In this document: in pieces, positions 44,382 through 53,263 of the stretch | Layout: each line of letters opens with the position of its first letter | How positions within the stretch are numbered: position 1 is the stretch's first letter | Assembly (NCBI GenBank): GCA_045635305.1 | Contig: JAZRBW010000101.1 | Span: forward strand, 28,749 to 92,748 | DNA from: Faecousia sp. | GTDB taxonomy: Bacteria; Bacillota; Clostridia; Oscillospirales; Oscillospiraceae | Length of the DNA stretch: 64,000 bases | Reading direction: 5' to 3' | Notes under the pieces: generated by a model | Told to the model about the DNA's origin: nothing | What the model saw: only the letters and a program-made list of their open reading frames with translations | Database searches by the model: none | Program-made: the position numbers and the translations under genes

Positions 44382-45746
44382 TTAAAGGAATATGTACTTA
44401 AGAATGAACAGCACAGACAAAATATACATCAAAGGCTTGACCTTCTTTGCCTTGCCCGTACAGGCGTTGAGGATCACATAGGAAATAATGCCCAGGCTGA
44501 TACCCTCAGAAATGCTGTAGAACAGAGGCATTGCAATGATGGCAATGTAGGCAGGGATCGCTTCTGTAAGATTGTCATCGTCAAATCGGATTTCAACCAC
44601 AGAGCTGACCATCAGGAAGCCAACCATGATCAATGCCGGAGCAGTAGCAAAAGAAGGAATGGTGGTAAACAGGGGTGCAAACAAGGTAGACAGCAGGAAC
44701 AGGATAGCCGCTGTCAAAGCAGTCAAGCCGGTACGGCCGCCGGAAGAAACACCGGAAGCAGACTCCACAAACGTTGTAACGGTAGAAGTGCCCAAAACAG
44801 CACCCGCAGTCGTGCCGATGGCATCCGCCAGCAAGGCAGGCTTAATCTGCGGCAGTCTGCCTTCACTGTCCAGCATATTAGCCTTCGTTGCAACACCAAT
44901 CAGTGTGCCAAGGGTATCAAACAGATCAACAAACAGGAACGCAAAGATCACGACCACAAAATCCACAATACGAATGGAAGCGAAATCAATCTGGAAGCAC
45001 TGACCAAATGTTAAGCCAAGCTTGCTGAAGTCAGCAGAAATAATGCCGGTGGGAATCAGAGAGAAGAAGTTACTGTCAGGGTTAGGCACATAAATTCCGG
45101 AAAGCTGGCAAATAATACCAAGAATCCAGGTGATCACGATGCCAAACAAAATGGAACCCTTTACATTCTTGATATGCAAAATTGCCGTAACCAGCACACC
45201 TACCAGCGCAAGCAGCGCGCAAATACCGTTGGTAGAAAAATTCTCTGTGAAGCTGGTAATGGTCACCAGCGTTGTGGAATCTACCGCCAATCCGGCATTC
45301 TGAAGACCGATAAAGGCGATAAACAAACCGATACCAACAGACACACCGCGCTTCAGCGTCAAAGGAATCGCATTGAAAATTGCTTCACGCACATTTGTCA
45401 GTGACAAAATGACGAAGATAATGCCTTCAACAAACACCGCAAGCAGAGCAAGCTGCCAGCTGTAACCCATGCCAATGACAACCGTATACGCAAGGTATGC
45501 ATTCAGGCCCATGCCAGCGGACAGGACGAAAGGCATATTTGCCATGAGTGCCATGCAAATTGTACCTACGAAGGACGCAATTGCAGTAGCAAGGAGAACT
45601 GCAGTCGCATCCATTCCAGCCTTGCTAAGAATATCGGGGTTCACTGCAAGAATGTATGCCATGGTCATAAAGGTGGTGATACCGGCCATGATTTCTGTTT
45701 TTACCGTTGTTTTATTCTGCTTCAGTTTGAATATTTTTTCGAACAT
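44382..45746 (-). CDS. NCS2/AzgA family purine permease (PbuG-like)
   Basis: TEIMAGITTFMTMAYILAVNP, GMGLNAY, DLFDTLGTL and ESASGV..GGRTGLT motifs. Confidence 0.92.
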   Translation of the reverse strand: MFEKIFKLKQNKTTVKTEIMAGITTFMTMAYILAVNPDILSKAGMDATAVLLATAIASFVGTICMALMANMPFVLSAGMGLNAYLAYTVVIGMGYSWQLALLAVFVEGIIFVILSLTNVREAIFNAIPLTLKRGVSVGIGLFIAFIGLQNAGLAVDSTTLVTITSFTENFSTNGICALLALVGVLVTAILHIKNVKGSILFGIVITWILGIICQLSGIYVPNPDSNFFSLIPTGIISADFSKLGLTFGQCFQIDFASIRIVDFVVVIFAFLFVDLFDTLGTLIGVATKANMLDSEGRLPQIKPALLADAIGTTAGAVLGTSTVTTFVESASGVSSGGRTGLTALTAAILFLLSTLFAPLFTTIPSFATAPALIMVGFLMVSSVVEIRFDDDNLTEAIPAYIAIIAMPLFYSISEGISLGIISYVILNACTGKAKKVKPLMYILSVLFILKYIFL

Positions 45747-45853
45747 AGAATCTACCTTTCATTTTTAGTCAGGCATTGCCTGGTTTTGGGGTGGATCTCG
45801 AACAGCGATAATTATAACACTTTCTTGTCATGTTTGCAACAAGTAAATACAAA

Positions 45854-47017
45854 TTATGACTTCTTATGGGGATCAAAAGCAGAGCTGTCAAAGGTAATAA
45901 CTGTGTAATAGACTTTCTCCTCTTGGGAAAGCAGATTACTGATTTGCTGCCGAATGGCGCTTTCCTGCTTGCGCAGATCATCCGGAAGAACAATATCAAA
46001 GATAAGGTTGGTATGTCCCGTGCCGCTGACCATTCGGAAATCATGGGTACTGAGGCGAGTGTCGTATGCTCTGATGCATCCATCCACCAATTGGTGCAGT
46101 CGTGTCAGCTCCGGATCATCCGTCACAATGGGGTCATAGTGGATCACAAGCTGGATTCCGTGACTGGTAAAACACTCACGTTCCAAATCGTCAATAATTT
46201 CGTGACAAGCAAGAGGATCTTCCCTGCTGTCCATCTCCACGTGCAAGGAGGCAAAGCGGCGACCAGGGCCATAGTCATGGACATAAAGATCGTGGAATCC
46301 CAGCACCTTTGGGTGACTGCTGACATAGTCAACGATTATAGCCTGCAGCTCTGGCGAGGCATTTTGACCCAAAAGCGGGCTGATCGTTTCTTTTGCAAGT
46401 TTGATACCGCTGTAGAGAATGAAAGCGGATATTGCAAGACCTGCATATCCATCCAGCGCAACGCCGGTAGCCTTCTCAATTAACGAACAGACAAGCACCG
46501 CCATAGTTGCGACACAATCATTTCTGCTATCTGCAGCGGTCGCCAGAAGCGCATCAGAGTCAATCTGCATTCCTAGCCTGCGATTAAACAGATACAGCCA
46601 CAGTTTGATAAGAACTGAACCCAGAAGCACCGGAATCAGCCAGACAGTAAACACCGTTTCCTGGGGAACAAAGACTTTCTCGACAGAGGATTTACCCAGT
46701 TCAAAACCGATCACAAGAATAATGGCGGATACCACAAGGGCAGAAAGATATTCGTATCGGGCATGACCGTAGGGATGTTCCTCATCAGCCGGACGTTCTG
46801 CCAGTTTGAATCCCGCAAAGGTAACCACGGAGCTTGTGGCGTCCGAAAGATTATTCATAGCGTCCGCGGTAATGGAAACGGAACCGGAAATGAATCCAAT
46901 CAACAGTTTTGCTGCAGCAATCAGTATATTGCATACAATACCGGTTAGGCCGGACAGGCGGCCAATTGTACCCCTGTCACCGGTCGGGGCAAAAATACGT
47001 AGCAACAGTTTTGTCAT
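45854..47017 (-). CDS. Cation diffusion facilitator family transporter
   Basis: ADAMNNLSD, HPYGH.R.EY, DSRND and HDL.VHDYGPG motifs. Confidence 0.92.
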   Translation of the reverse strand: MTKLLLRIFAPTGDRGTIGRLSGLTGIVCNILIAAAKLLIGFISGSVSITADAMNNLSDATSSVVTFAGFKLAERPADEEHPYGHARYEYLSALVVSAIILVIGFELGKSSVEKVFVPQETVFTVWLIPVLLGSVLIKLWLYLFNRRLGMQIDSDALLATAADSRNDCVATMAVLVCSLIEKATGVALDGYAGLAISAFILYSGIKLAKETISPLLGQNASPELQAIIVDYVSSHPKVLGFHDLYVHDYGPGRRFASLHVEMDSREDPLACHEIIDDLERECFTSHGIQLVIHYDPIVTDDPELTRLHQLVDGCIRAYDTRLSTHDFRMVSGTGHTNLIFDIVLPDDLRKQESAIRQQISNLLSQEEKVYYTVITFDSSAFDPHKKS

Positions 47018-47018
47018 A

Positions 47019-47813
47019 TTACGCTCCTTCGGGCTTTACATAAGCGCCGATCACAAATTCCACATCCGTCTCCAAGCAAACTAAAGAGCGCAGTTTCTCT
47101 TTGTCTGTCTCAGAAGTATGGAAATAATAGGGTGTCATCCGAAATACAGCCTGCATATCCTCCTGGGATGCCAGCAAGATCTTTGCACTTACCTTTTGTG
47201 TGTGCACCAACTGTAATGTAGCGGTTTTGGGCAATTGCTCATCATTTTCATAGGGAGTGGAATACAGCGCACGTTTCAGTCCCCACAGATGGTGTCTTCC
47301 TGGCACCACTGTATACAGCATTCCACCCGGTTTTAATGTGCGCAGGAAGGAATCCTCATTGAACGGCGCAAACAGATGCACCGCATAATCCATAGAGGCA
47401 TCCTCAACAGGAATTGCGGCCATATTGGCAACAAAGTAGGTTCCGTTACCACGCTTGGCAGCAAGGCGTACCATTTCCCGGGAAATGTCAAAACCATACA
47501 TACATAAATGAGGATTCTGCCCCAATCCAGCGGTATAATAGCCCTCTCCACAGCAAATATCCAGCACATTTCCCCGCTTATCCGAGAAAATTCGGCACAA
47601 TGCATCCTTTAGCGGAGCGTAATAACCCTTATTGAGAAAGTCACGCCGACTCCGTGCGGAAAGCTTATCATCACCGATCAGATCGCCGCTTTTGCTTGAG
47701 CGCAGCAAATTCACATAGCCTTCCTTAGCAATATCAAAGCTATGGCCCTGATCGCAGCGATAGGTAAAACGGTCAGATCGAAGCGGCTTCTTACAAACGG
47801 GACATACCAGCAT
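47019..47813 (-). CDS. RlmA-like 23S rRNA m1G methyltransferase
   Basis: CPVC..C..GHSFD.AKEGYVNL zinc finger, LDICCGEGYY and MTPY motifs. Confidence 0.85.
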   Translation of the reverse strand: MLVCPVCKKPLRSDRFTYRCDQGHSFDIAKEGYVNLLRSSKSGDLIGDDKLSARSRRDFLNKGYYAPLKDALCRIFSDKRGNVLDICCGEGYYTAGLGQNPHLCMYGFDISREMVRLAAKRGNGTYFVANMAAIPVEDASMDYAVHLFAPFNEDSFLRTLKPGGMLYTVVPGRHHLWGLKRALYSTPYENDEQLPKTATLQLVHTQKVSAKILLASQEDMQAVFRMTPYYFHTSETDKEKLRSLVCLETDVEFVIGAYVKPEGA

Positions 47814-47945
47814 ACGCACTCCTTCCCCCATCCGGAGAAACAAAAATATTTTGCGTTTAATTGCCTTGCTTTTTGGCAACAATACGGATATATTATATGC
47901 AATGATTTCCCTAAAAGCAATGACAATTTGCAAGGAGGTCAGACA

Positions 47946-48911
47946 ATGTGCACCGCTGTTCATTACGAAAGTCAAGATGGGCATTATTTCGGTCGCAATC
48001 TGGATCTTGAGTATTCCTATGCGGAACAGGTTGTGGTCACACCAAGGAACTTCCCTTTTCGATTCCGCAACGGTTGTGAGCTAAAACATCATCATGCCAT
48101 GATCGGCATGGCTACCGTTTCGGAGGGGTATCCGCTATACTATGAAGCCACAAACGAACTGGGGCTGAGCATAGCCGGGCTGAATTTTCCCGGTAACGCA
48201 ACCTATCTGGCAAAGGTATCGGGAAAAGAGAATATCACACCTTTTGAATTGATCCCATGGATCCTGTCCCAGTGCGCAAGCATTACAGAAGCAAAAGATT
48301 GGCTGCAAAAGATCAACTTATGGAATCTGCCCTTCAGCCGGAAATATCCATTATCGCCCCTTCACTGGATGATCGCTGACAGTAAGGAATGTATCGTTGC
48401 AGAGCCTATGCCAGACGGTCTGAGGATCTATGACAATCCTGTCGGCGTGCTGACAAACAATCCCCCATTCCCCTATCATTTGCATCATCTTGCCGATTAT
48501 CGGATGCTCTCGGCAAAACAGCCAGAAAACCACTTTTGCCAAAGGGAGCTAACACCATACAGCAACGGTATGGGCGCGATCGGATTGCCCGGTGATTTTT
48601 CATCAGCATCGCGGTTCATTAAGGCTGCCTTTGTGAAAGAAAATTCCGTTACTGAGACTGACGGTGTTAACCAGTTCTTTCACATTCTGTCGTCTGTTTC
48701 CATGCCAAGAGGCAGTATTGTCATGGACGATGGTCGCTATGAAATCACCCGCTACAGCAGCTGTTGCGATACGCAAAACGCGATCTACTACTACACCACC
48801 TACGCCAACAGCAGGATCACCGCCATTGACATGAAAAAGCTTCTCTTGCAATCAGAGCAACTGATCACTTACCCTCTTCGTGAGAGCATGGATATTTATT
48901 TTGAAAATTGA
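47946..48911 (+). CDS. bsh: Choloylglycine hydrolase / bile salt hydrolase (Ntn hydrolase)
   Basis: N-terminal Cys nucleophile MCTA, GRNLD, NELGL, LTNNP and LPGDFSS.SRF motifs; GGAGG SD. Penicillin V acylase specificity not excluded. Confidence 0.85.
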   Translation: MCTAVHYESQDGHYFGRNLDLEYSYAEQVVVTPRNFPFRFRNGCELKHHHAMIGMATVSEGYPLYYEATNELGLSIAGLNFPGNATYLAKVSGKENITPFELIPWILSQCASITEAKDWLQKINLWNLPFSRKYPLSPLHWMIADSKECIVAEPMPDGLRIYDNPVGVLTNNPPFPYHLHHLADYRMLSAKQPENHFCQRELTPYSNGMGAIGLPGDFSSASRFIKAAFVKENSVTETDGVNQFFHILSSVSMPRGSIVMDDGRYEITRYSSCCDTQNAIYYYTTYANSRITAIDMKKLLLQSEQLITYPLRESMDIYFEN

Positions 48912-48956
48912 GCAAGGCATGCGCCAGCATGCCATACATAAGAAATGGAGAAAACT

Positions 48957-49586
48957 ATGAAACAAATTCTGTTTGATCTGGACGGTACATTGACTGACTC
49001 CGGCGAAGGCATCATGCACTGTACTGAGCTGACGCTCGCCCATTATCACCTGCCGATACCCAGCAGAACCGAAATGCGAAGCATCGTCGGACCTCCGCTA
49101 AAAGATAGCTTCCTGCGCTACGGCATCCCGGAAAGCGAGCTCGACAATGCAGTTGAGTTTTACAGACAACATTATGTAGCAGTTGGTCAGTTTGAAAATT
49201 TTCCCTATCCAGGTATCGAATCCTTGCTAAAGCGGCTCACATTGGAAGGAAACAAGTTATATGTGGCCACGTCCAAACCGGAAACGATGGCGCAGAATAT
49301 TCTTCGGCATTTTCAGTTAGACAAATACTTCACCATCATTTGCGGTGCAGCATCCGATGTCATGCGCAACACCAAAGAACAGGTCATTGAGCACCTGCTT
49401 ACTCTGCTGGACAACAAGGACAATCTTGTTATGGTCGGCGATACAATCTACGATGTAAAGGGCGCTGCCTACCACGGAATCCCCACAGTAGCAGTAACAT
49501 GGGGCTATGGCGTAGTTGATGATATGCAAAACGCAGGTGCCACCATTGTCAGCACTATGGATGAACTTTATGAGGCACTGAAATAA
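48957..49586 (+). CDS. HAD family hydrolase (phosphoglycolate phosphatase/5'-nucleotidase-like)
   Basis: FDLDGTL, ATSKP and MVGD...D motifs. Confidence 0.9.
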   Translation: MKQILFDLDGTLTDSGEGIMHCTELTLAHYHLPIPSRTEMRSIVGPPLKDSFLRYGIPESELDNAVEFYRQHYVAVGQFENFPYPGIESLLKRLTLEGNKLYVATSKPETMAQNILRHFQLDKYFTIICGAASDVMRNTKEQVIEHLLTLLDNKDNLVMVGDTIYDVKGAAYHGIPTVAVTWGYGVVDDMQNAGATIVSTMDELYEALK

Positions 49587-49590
49587 GACA

Positions 49591-49614
49591 ACCCCGCCGG
49601 TTAACCGGCGGGGT
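49591..49614. terminator. Perfect 24-bp palindrome between convergent genes
   Basis: ACCCCGCCGGTTAACCGGCGGGGT. Confidence 0.7.
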
Positions 49615-49646
49615 CATTCATCTCATATCAAGCAAAAGTCAGGTAC

Positions 49647-51251
49647 TTAGTCTTTACGGGCAGCCAAATCAGCAGACATCTTTTCCAGAGTCTTCTTATC
49701 GATGTTGTAAACGATAGCAACACCAACAAACTGGCAAATAGCGCTGAACATATACAGGCCAGCAACCAGCCAACAGAGTCTGCTTGCTGTTTCAGCAGAC
49801 TGACCGATGGTACCAAGTGCAGAAACATAACCGATCAGAGGCGTACCCATGATGGCAATAACAGCAGCGGGGCCAACGCCCTGGGCCAGCTTACGGAAGA
49901 AGGAGTGCAGTGCATAAACAACACTCTCCTCACGCTTGCCGAACTTCCACTCCTGGTAGTCGATAGCATCACCCATCATTGCCCAGGATACGCAGTTATA
50001 GAAGCCCATGCCAAGACCGAAGAACACAAGGCCAATCACATAAACAATCAGCTGCAGATTCATGGGACACAGGGGGAAGCAGCAAAGGATTGCACCGCCA
50101 GCCAGACCGGCAAGAGAACCGATGGATGCAACTTCCTTCTTGCCGTATTTCTTAACCAGCTTGGTTGCAAAGGGCATGAACAGGAACATGGGAGCAAAGC
50201 CAATAGCCGTAACCACACCAGACATAGAAGCCTGGCCAAAATGGGTGGCAAACATGATGGTATTGGCAGTCGTAGCAGACTGCATACCCAGGAACATACC
50301 CATGGCAGCGATAGTGCAACCGACAGCGGGACGGTTCTTCATAAAAGTGCCAAAGGACTTAAATAGGTTGACTTTTTCGCCTTCCTGATTCAGCTGTGCA
50401 TACTCATCACCGCGGATAGTGATGTTTTTAATCATCAGCATAAAGAACACAAAGCCGATAATGCCCATAATCAAAGCGGCCCAGAACACTCTTTCGCCAA
50501 GCAGAACTTCGACCTGTGCACCAGTCAGAGGACTGTAGACCTTATCACCGATCTCATACGATTTACCTGCCAGTTCCTCGAAAATCTTAGTATTATTGGG
50601 GTAATGGGTAAAATCTTCTGGGGTCAGATTGGTTTCTGTCAGTGTAGGTGCAATTTTGTCCCAGAAAGCGGAGGTACCAGCTTCGGTCCAAGTAATCTTC
50701 TGCCAAATCAGCATGGGCAGAATGATACCGGGCAGCATGCCACCAATAGCACCGCCGATGGAGCGGAACACAGAAAGCTGTGCTCTCTCTTCATTTTTTT
50801 CGGTAACAATATTCAGCATTGTTCCATACGGAACATTGGCCATGGTATAGGCAGCGTCCCAGATTACATAGCCAAGAACAAACAGAATAACCTTCACAAC
50901 TGTATCGGCCTGTGGGAAAGGCATAAATACAGCTGCGCCACCAAAGAGCAGACCACAGGCACCAATAAATATGTATGTCTTGTACTTGCCCATCTTGTAT
51001 TTTCTACTGTCACTGTCAATCAGCGAGCCGATCAGAGGGTCATTAATTGCATCCCAAGCCTGCACAAGCAGCAGCAGAATGGAGAACAAGCCAGTTTCCA
51101 TAAACATGTAAACAAGCCAGAAGGTCTGAACGGTACCCTTCAGGCCAAAGCTCATGTTACAGCCCAAGTCACCGGCAGCATAAGCCAGCTTGTCACGGAT
51201 ACCAAATTTACGATAGCCTTTTTCATCAAGCTGGACAGGTGTCTTTGCCAT
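49647..51251 (-). CDS. MFS glycoside-pentoside-hexuronide (GPH) family transporter
   Basis: YAAGDLGCN, WDAINDPLIG..D, NVPYG..ER..L..FR and DAIDY.EWK.G.R.E motifs. Confidence 0.9.
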   Translation of the reverse strand: MAKTPVQLDEKGYRKFGIRDKLAYAAGDLGCNMSFGLKGTVQTFWLVYMFMETGLFSILLLLVQAWDAINDPLIGSLIDSDSRKYKMGKYKTYIFIGACGLLFGGAAVFMPFPQADTVVKVILFVLGYVIWDAAYTMANVPYGTMLNIVTEKNEERAQLSVFRSIGGAIGGMLPGIILPMLIWQKITWTEAGTSAFWDKIAPTLTETNLTPEDFTHYPNNTKIFEELAGKSYEIGDKVYSPLTGAQVEVLLGERVFWAALIMGIIGFVFFMLMIKNITIRGDEYAQLNQEGEKVNLFKSFGTFMKNRPAVGCTIAAMGMFLGMQSATTANTIMFATHFGQASMSGVVTAIGFAPMFLFMPFATKLVKKYGKKEVASIGSLAGLAGGAILCCFPLCPMNLQLIVYVIGLVFFGLGMGFYNCVSWAMMGDAIDYQEWKFGKREESVVYALHSFFRKLAQGVGPAAVIAIMGTPLIGYVSALGTIGQSAETASRLCWLVAGLYMFSAICQFVGVAIVYNIDKKTLEKMSADLAARKD

Positions 51252-51460
51252 TTTTCTTCCTCCTTTATTTCTGTGAGGCACGCTCACACGTATAGATCTA
51301 TTATATATGATATTTTTCCACCATGCAATAGGAGATTTTAAAAAAGTGAACCTTATATCACATTTCAGCAAATAAACCAAGGCGCATGAAGATATACGCC
51401 ATTAAGTGATGATATACAGCCCCGCATGGACTGACGATTAACAAAACCTGTAACCTGGAT

Positions 51461-51496
51461 AAAAAAAGAACGAAGCTTTCGCTTCGTTCTTTTTTC
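51461..51496 (-). terminator. Terminator after the tRNA
   Basis: AAAAAAGAACGAAGC/GCTTCGTTCTTTTTT. Confidence 0.85.
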
Positions 51497-51588
51497 TGGC
51501 GGAGCAGGAGGGATTTGAACCCTCGGTACCCTTTTGGGGTACACACGATTTCCAGTCGTGCCCGTTATGACCACTTCGATACTGCTCC
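51497..51588 (-). tRNA. tRNA-Ser (GGA)
   Basis: GGAGCAG acceptor stem, anticodon loop CT-GGA-AA, long variable arm, GGTTCAAATCC, encoded CCA; TTGACA-N17-TATTAT promoter upstream. Confidence 0.96.
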
Positions 51589-51669
51589 ATATTCAGCCGC
51601 CCGCAGACAGCTTTGATATAATACATCTTTTCTTCCGGTTTGTCAAGCATAAATTTCGACTTTTTGTCA

Positions 51670-52059
51670 TTATTTTTCAGCTTCCATCACAAGACCGATC
51701 TGACTGTTACATACCGCCAGATAAGCACTTTCAAGACGGTGCAAATATCGGAACGGTTCATCGGGATCGACTGGAACAAAGTGGCCTTTCATTTGCGTAT
51801 GACGTGATTGCAGGAAGAATTGCGGTATCCCCTGCCCCAATCGTTTTGCAGGCACTTTTACAGAAAGGATAAAGTAGCCGTTATTCGGAATCAAAAGTCC
51901 CAGTTTCATCCGAGCCTTGCCTACTGATACAACCAGATCGTACATCACATCACCGCTGAGTCGGCAGCGGCAGTCAAACTGCCAGTACAAGCCCTGTCTT
52001 TTGACAAGAACCGTCCCCATCTTTTCGCTGCCCAACAAAACATCATACGCACCTTCCAT
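51670..52059 (-). CDS. Hypothetical protein (possibly sporulation-expressed)
   Basis: Clean ORF with G-rich SD; GAATA...CATAGGAT sigma-E-like element upstream. Confidence 0.65.
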   Translation of the reverse strand: MEGAYDVLLGSEKMGTVLVKRQGLYWQFDCRCRLSGDVMYDLVVSVGKARMKLGLLIPNNGYFILSVKVPAKRLGQGIPQFFLQSRHTQMKGHFVPVDPDEPFRYLHRLESAYLAVCNSQIGLVMEAEK

Positions 52060-52103
52060 GTTCATCCCCCCTGCAACATCCTATGCGCTGGGGGACAAAC
52101 TAT

Positions 52104-52469
52104 TCACAGCAAGCGGTTTTCTGTTAGACCAAAGCTGACAGCAATGGCGTCATCCACAAGGTGCATTTGTCTGTCGTCCAGATGCCCCATATGCTCCCGT
52201 AAGCGGCGTTTATCTATGGTGCGTACTTGCTCCAATAGGATCACAGAATCCTTGCTCAGGCCCACGCTGCCGCCTGCAATATTGATATGTGTGGGAAGTC
52301 TTGCCTTGCCTGTCTGGCTGGTGATTGCTGCAGCGATTACCGTAGGAGAATGGCGATTGCCGGTATCATTTTGTATGATCAGAACTGGCCGTGTGCCGCC
52401 CTGCTCACTACCGACCACCGGCGAAAGATCGGCATAAAATATATCGCCACGTTTTACCGTAGTATCCAT
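52104..52469 (-). CDS. mazF: MazF/PemK (NdoA/EndoA) endoribonuclease toxin
   Basis: [40 protein letters not shown] and [11 protein letters not shown] motifs. Confidence 0.93.
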   Translation of the reverse strand: MDTTVKRGDIFYADLSPVVGSEQGGTRPVLIIQNDTGNRHSPTVIAAAITSQTGKARLPTHINIAGGSVGLSKDSVILLEQVRTIDKRRLREHMGHLDDRQMHLVDDAIAVSFGLTENRLL

Positions 52470-52606
52470 GTTTTCACACTCCGATAGAAATCTGCCGGCG
52501 TTACCGATCTTCCATTATGTAACGCGGCTGATACTATTGTCCCACGCTAAAACGGAATTCATACGGCTTCGCCCGCAAATTATCCTATGCGGTATTCGAC
52601 AGGATG

Positions 52607-53152
52607 TTACGAAAGCACAAAGGATAGTACCTCAACCGTCAGGATTCTGCGGTTTTTCCAATAAATATCTGCCTGCTTTGGTAAATTGCTATTATCAAGC
52701 AGGATATCCAATGTCAGCGCGTCATCGGCATAGCTGTCATCAATGGTAATCCGCCCTTCACAGCAGGATGTAATGCAGCCACCGCGCAAGGTACGCATCA
52801 GTATCCAGGGTGCGCTGACAGGGGTGATCTGATCGTCCGTCAGCATAGGGATCGCCAGAAATGTATCATCAAATGTCAGGTTGCCGCCGTCAGCGGTTAT
52901 ACTGCCCTGAATACCTGCGATCGTTTCCGGTTTGGTAACGGTAAAGGTTACATTCCCTTTTTCATCTCCAACGCAATCCATGGAAAATGCATAGGTCTTA
53001 TCCCCGTAATCTGCTGTAATATGGATGGAAAATTCACATTTCTTCGCATTTAGTATGTCACTTCGCAGTCGCAGCGCAACATCCATTTCTTCCTGTTTTG
53101 CGCATCCGCACAGGAACAGGATAGAAAATACAATAAGAAACAACCGTTTCAT
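52607..53152 (-). CDS. LolA-fold lipoprotein (YdcC/GerS-like)
   Basis: Lipobox LCGC, V..PETIAGI pattern; position upstream of mazF as in the ydcC-alr-ndoA locus. Confidence 0.6.
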   Translation of the reverse strand: MKRLFLIVFSILFLCGCAKQEEMDVALRLRSDILNAKKCEFSIHITADYGDKTYAFSMDCVGDEKGNVTFTVTKPETIAGIQGSITADGGNLTFDDTFLAIPMLTDDQITPVSAPWILMRTLRGGCITSCCEGRITIDDSYADDALTLDILLDNSNLPKQADIYWKNRRILTVEVLSFVLS

Positions 53153-53263
53153 AAACATCCCGCCTTCCAAAAGTTTACAGACCTTGTCCGCTGGGAAAGT
53201 TTATGCAACCGTTGCCCTCCGCAGAACAAAAGCAGGGCCAAAAGCCCTGCTTTCATTTCAGAA

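Noticed and set aside
45747-45853. Purine riboswitch upstream of the NCS2 permease
   Set aside because: Short leader after a TTGCAA-N17-TATAAT promoter with no purine aptamer core; only a small hairpin.
47742-47984. Apparent overlap of N-terminally extended bsh and rlmA-like ORFs
   Set aside because: True starts are 47946 (SD, Cys2 nucleophile) and 47813; the extensions are divergent promoter DNA.
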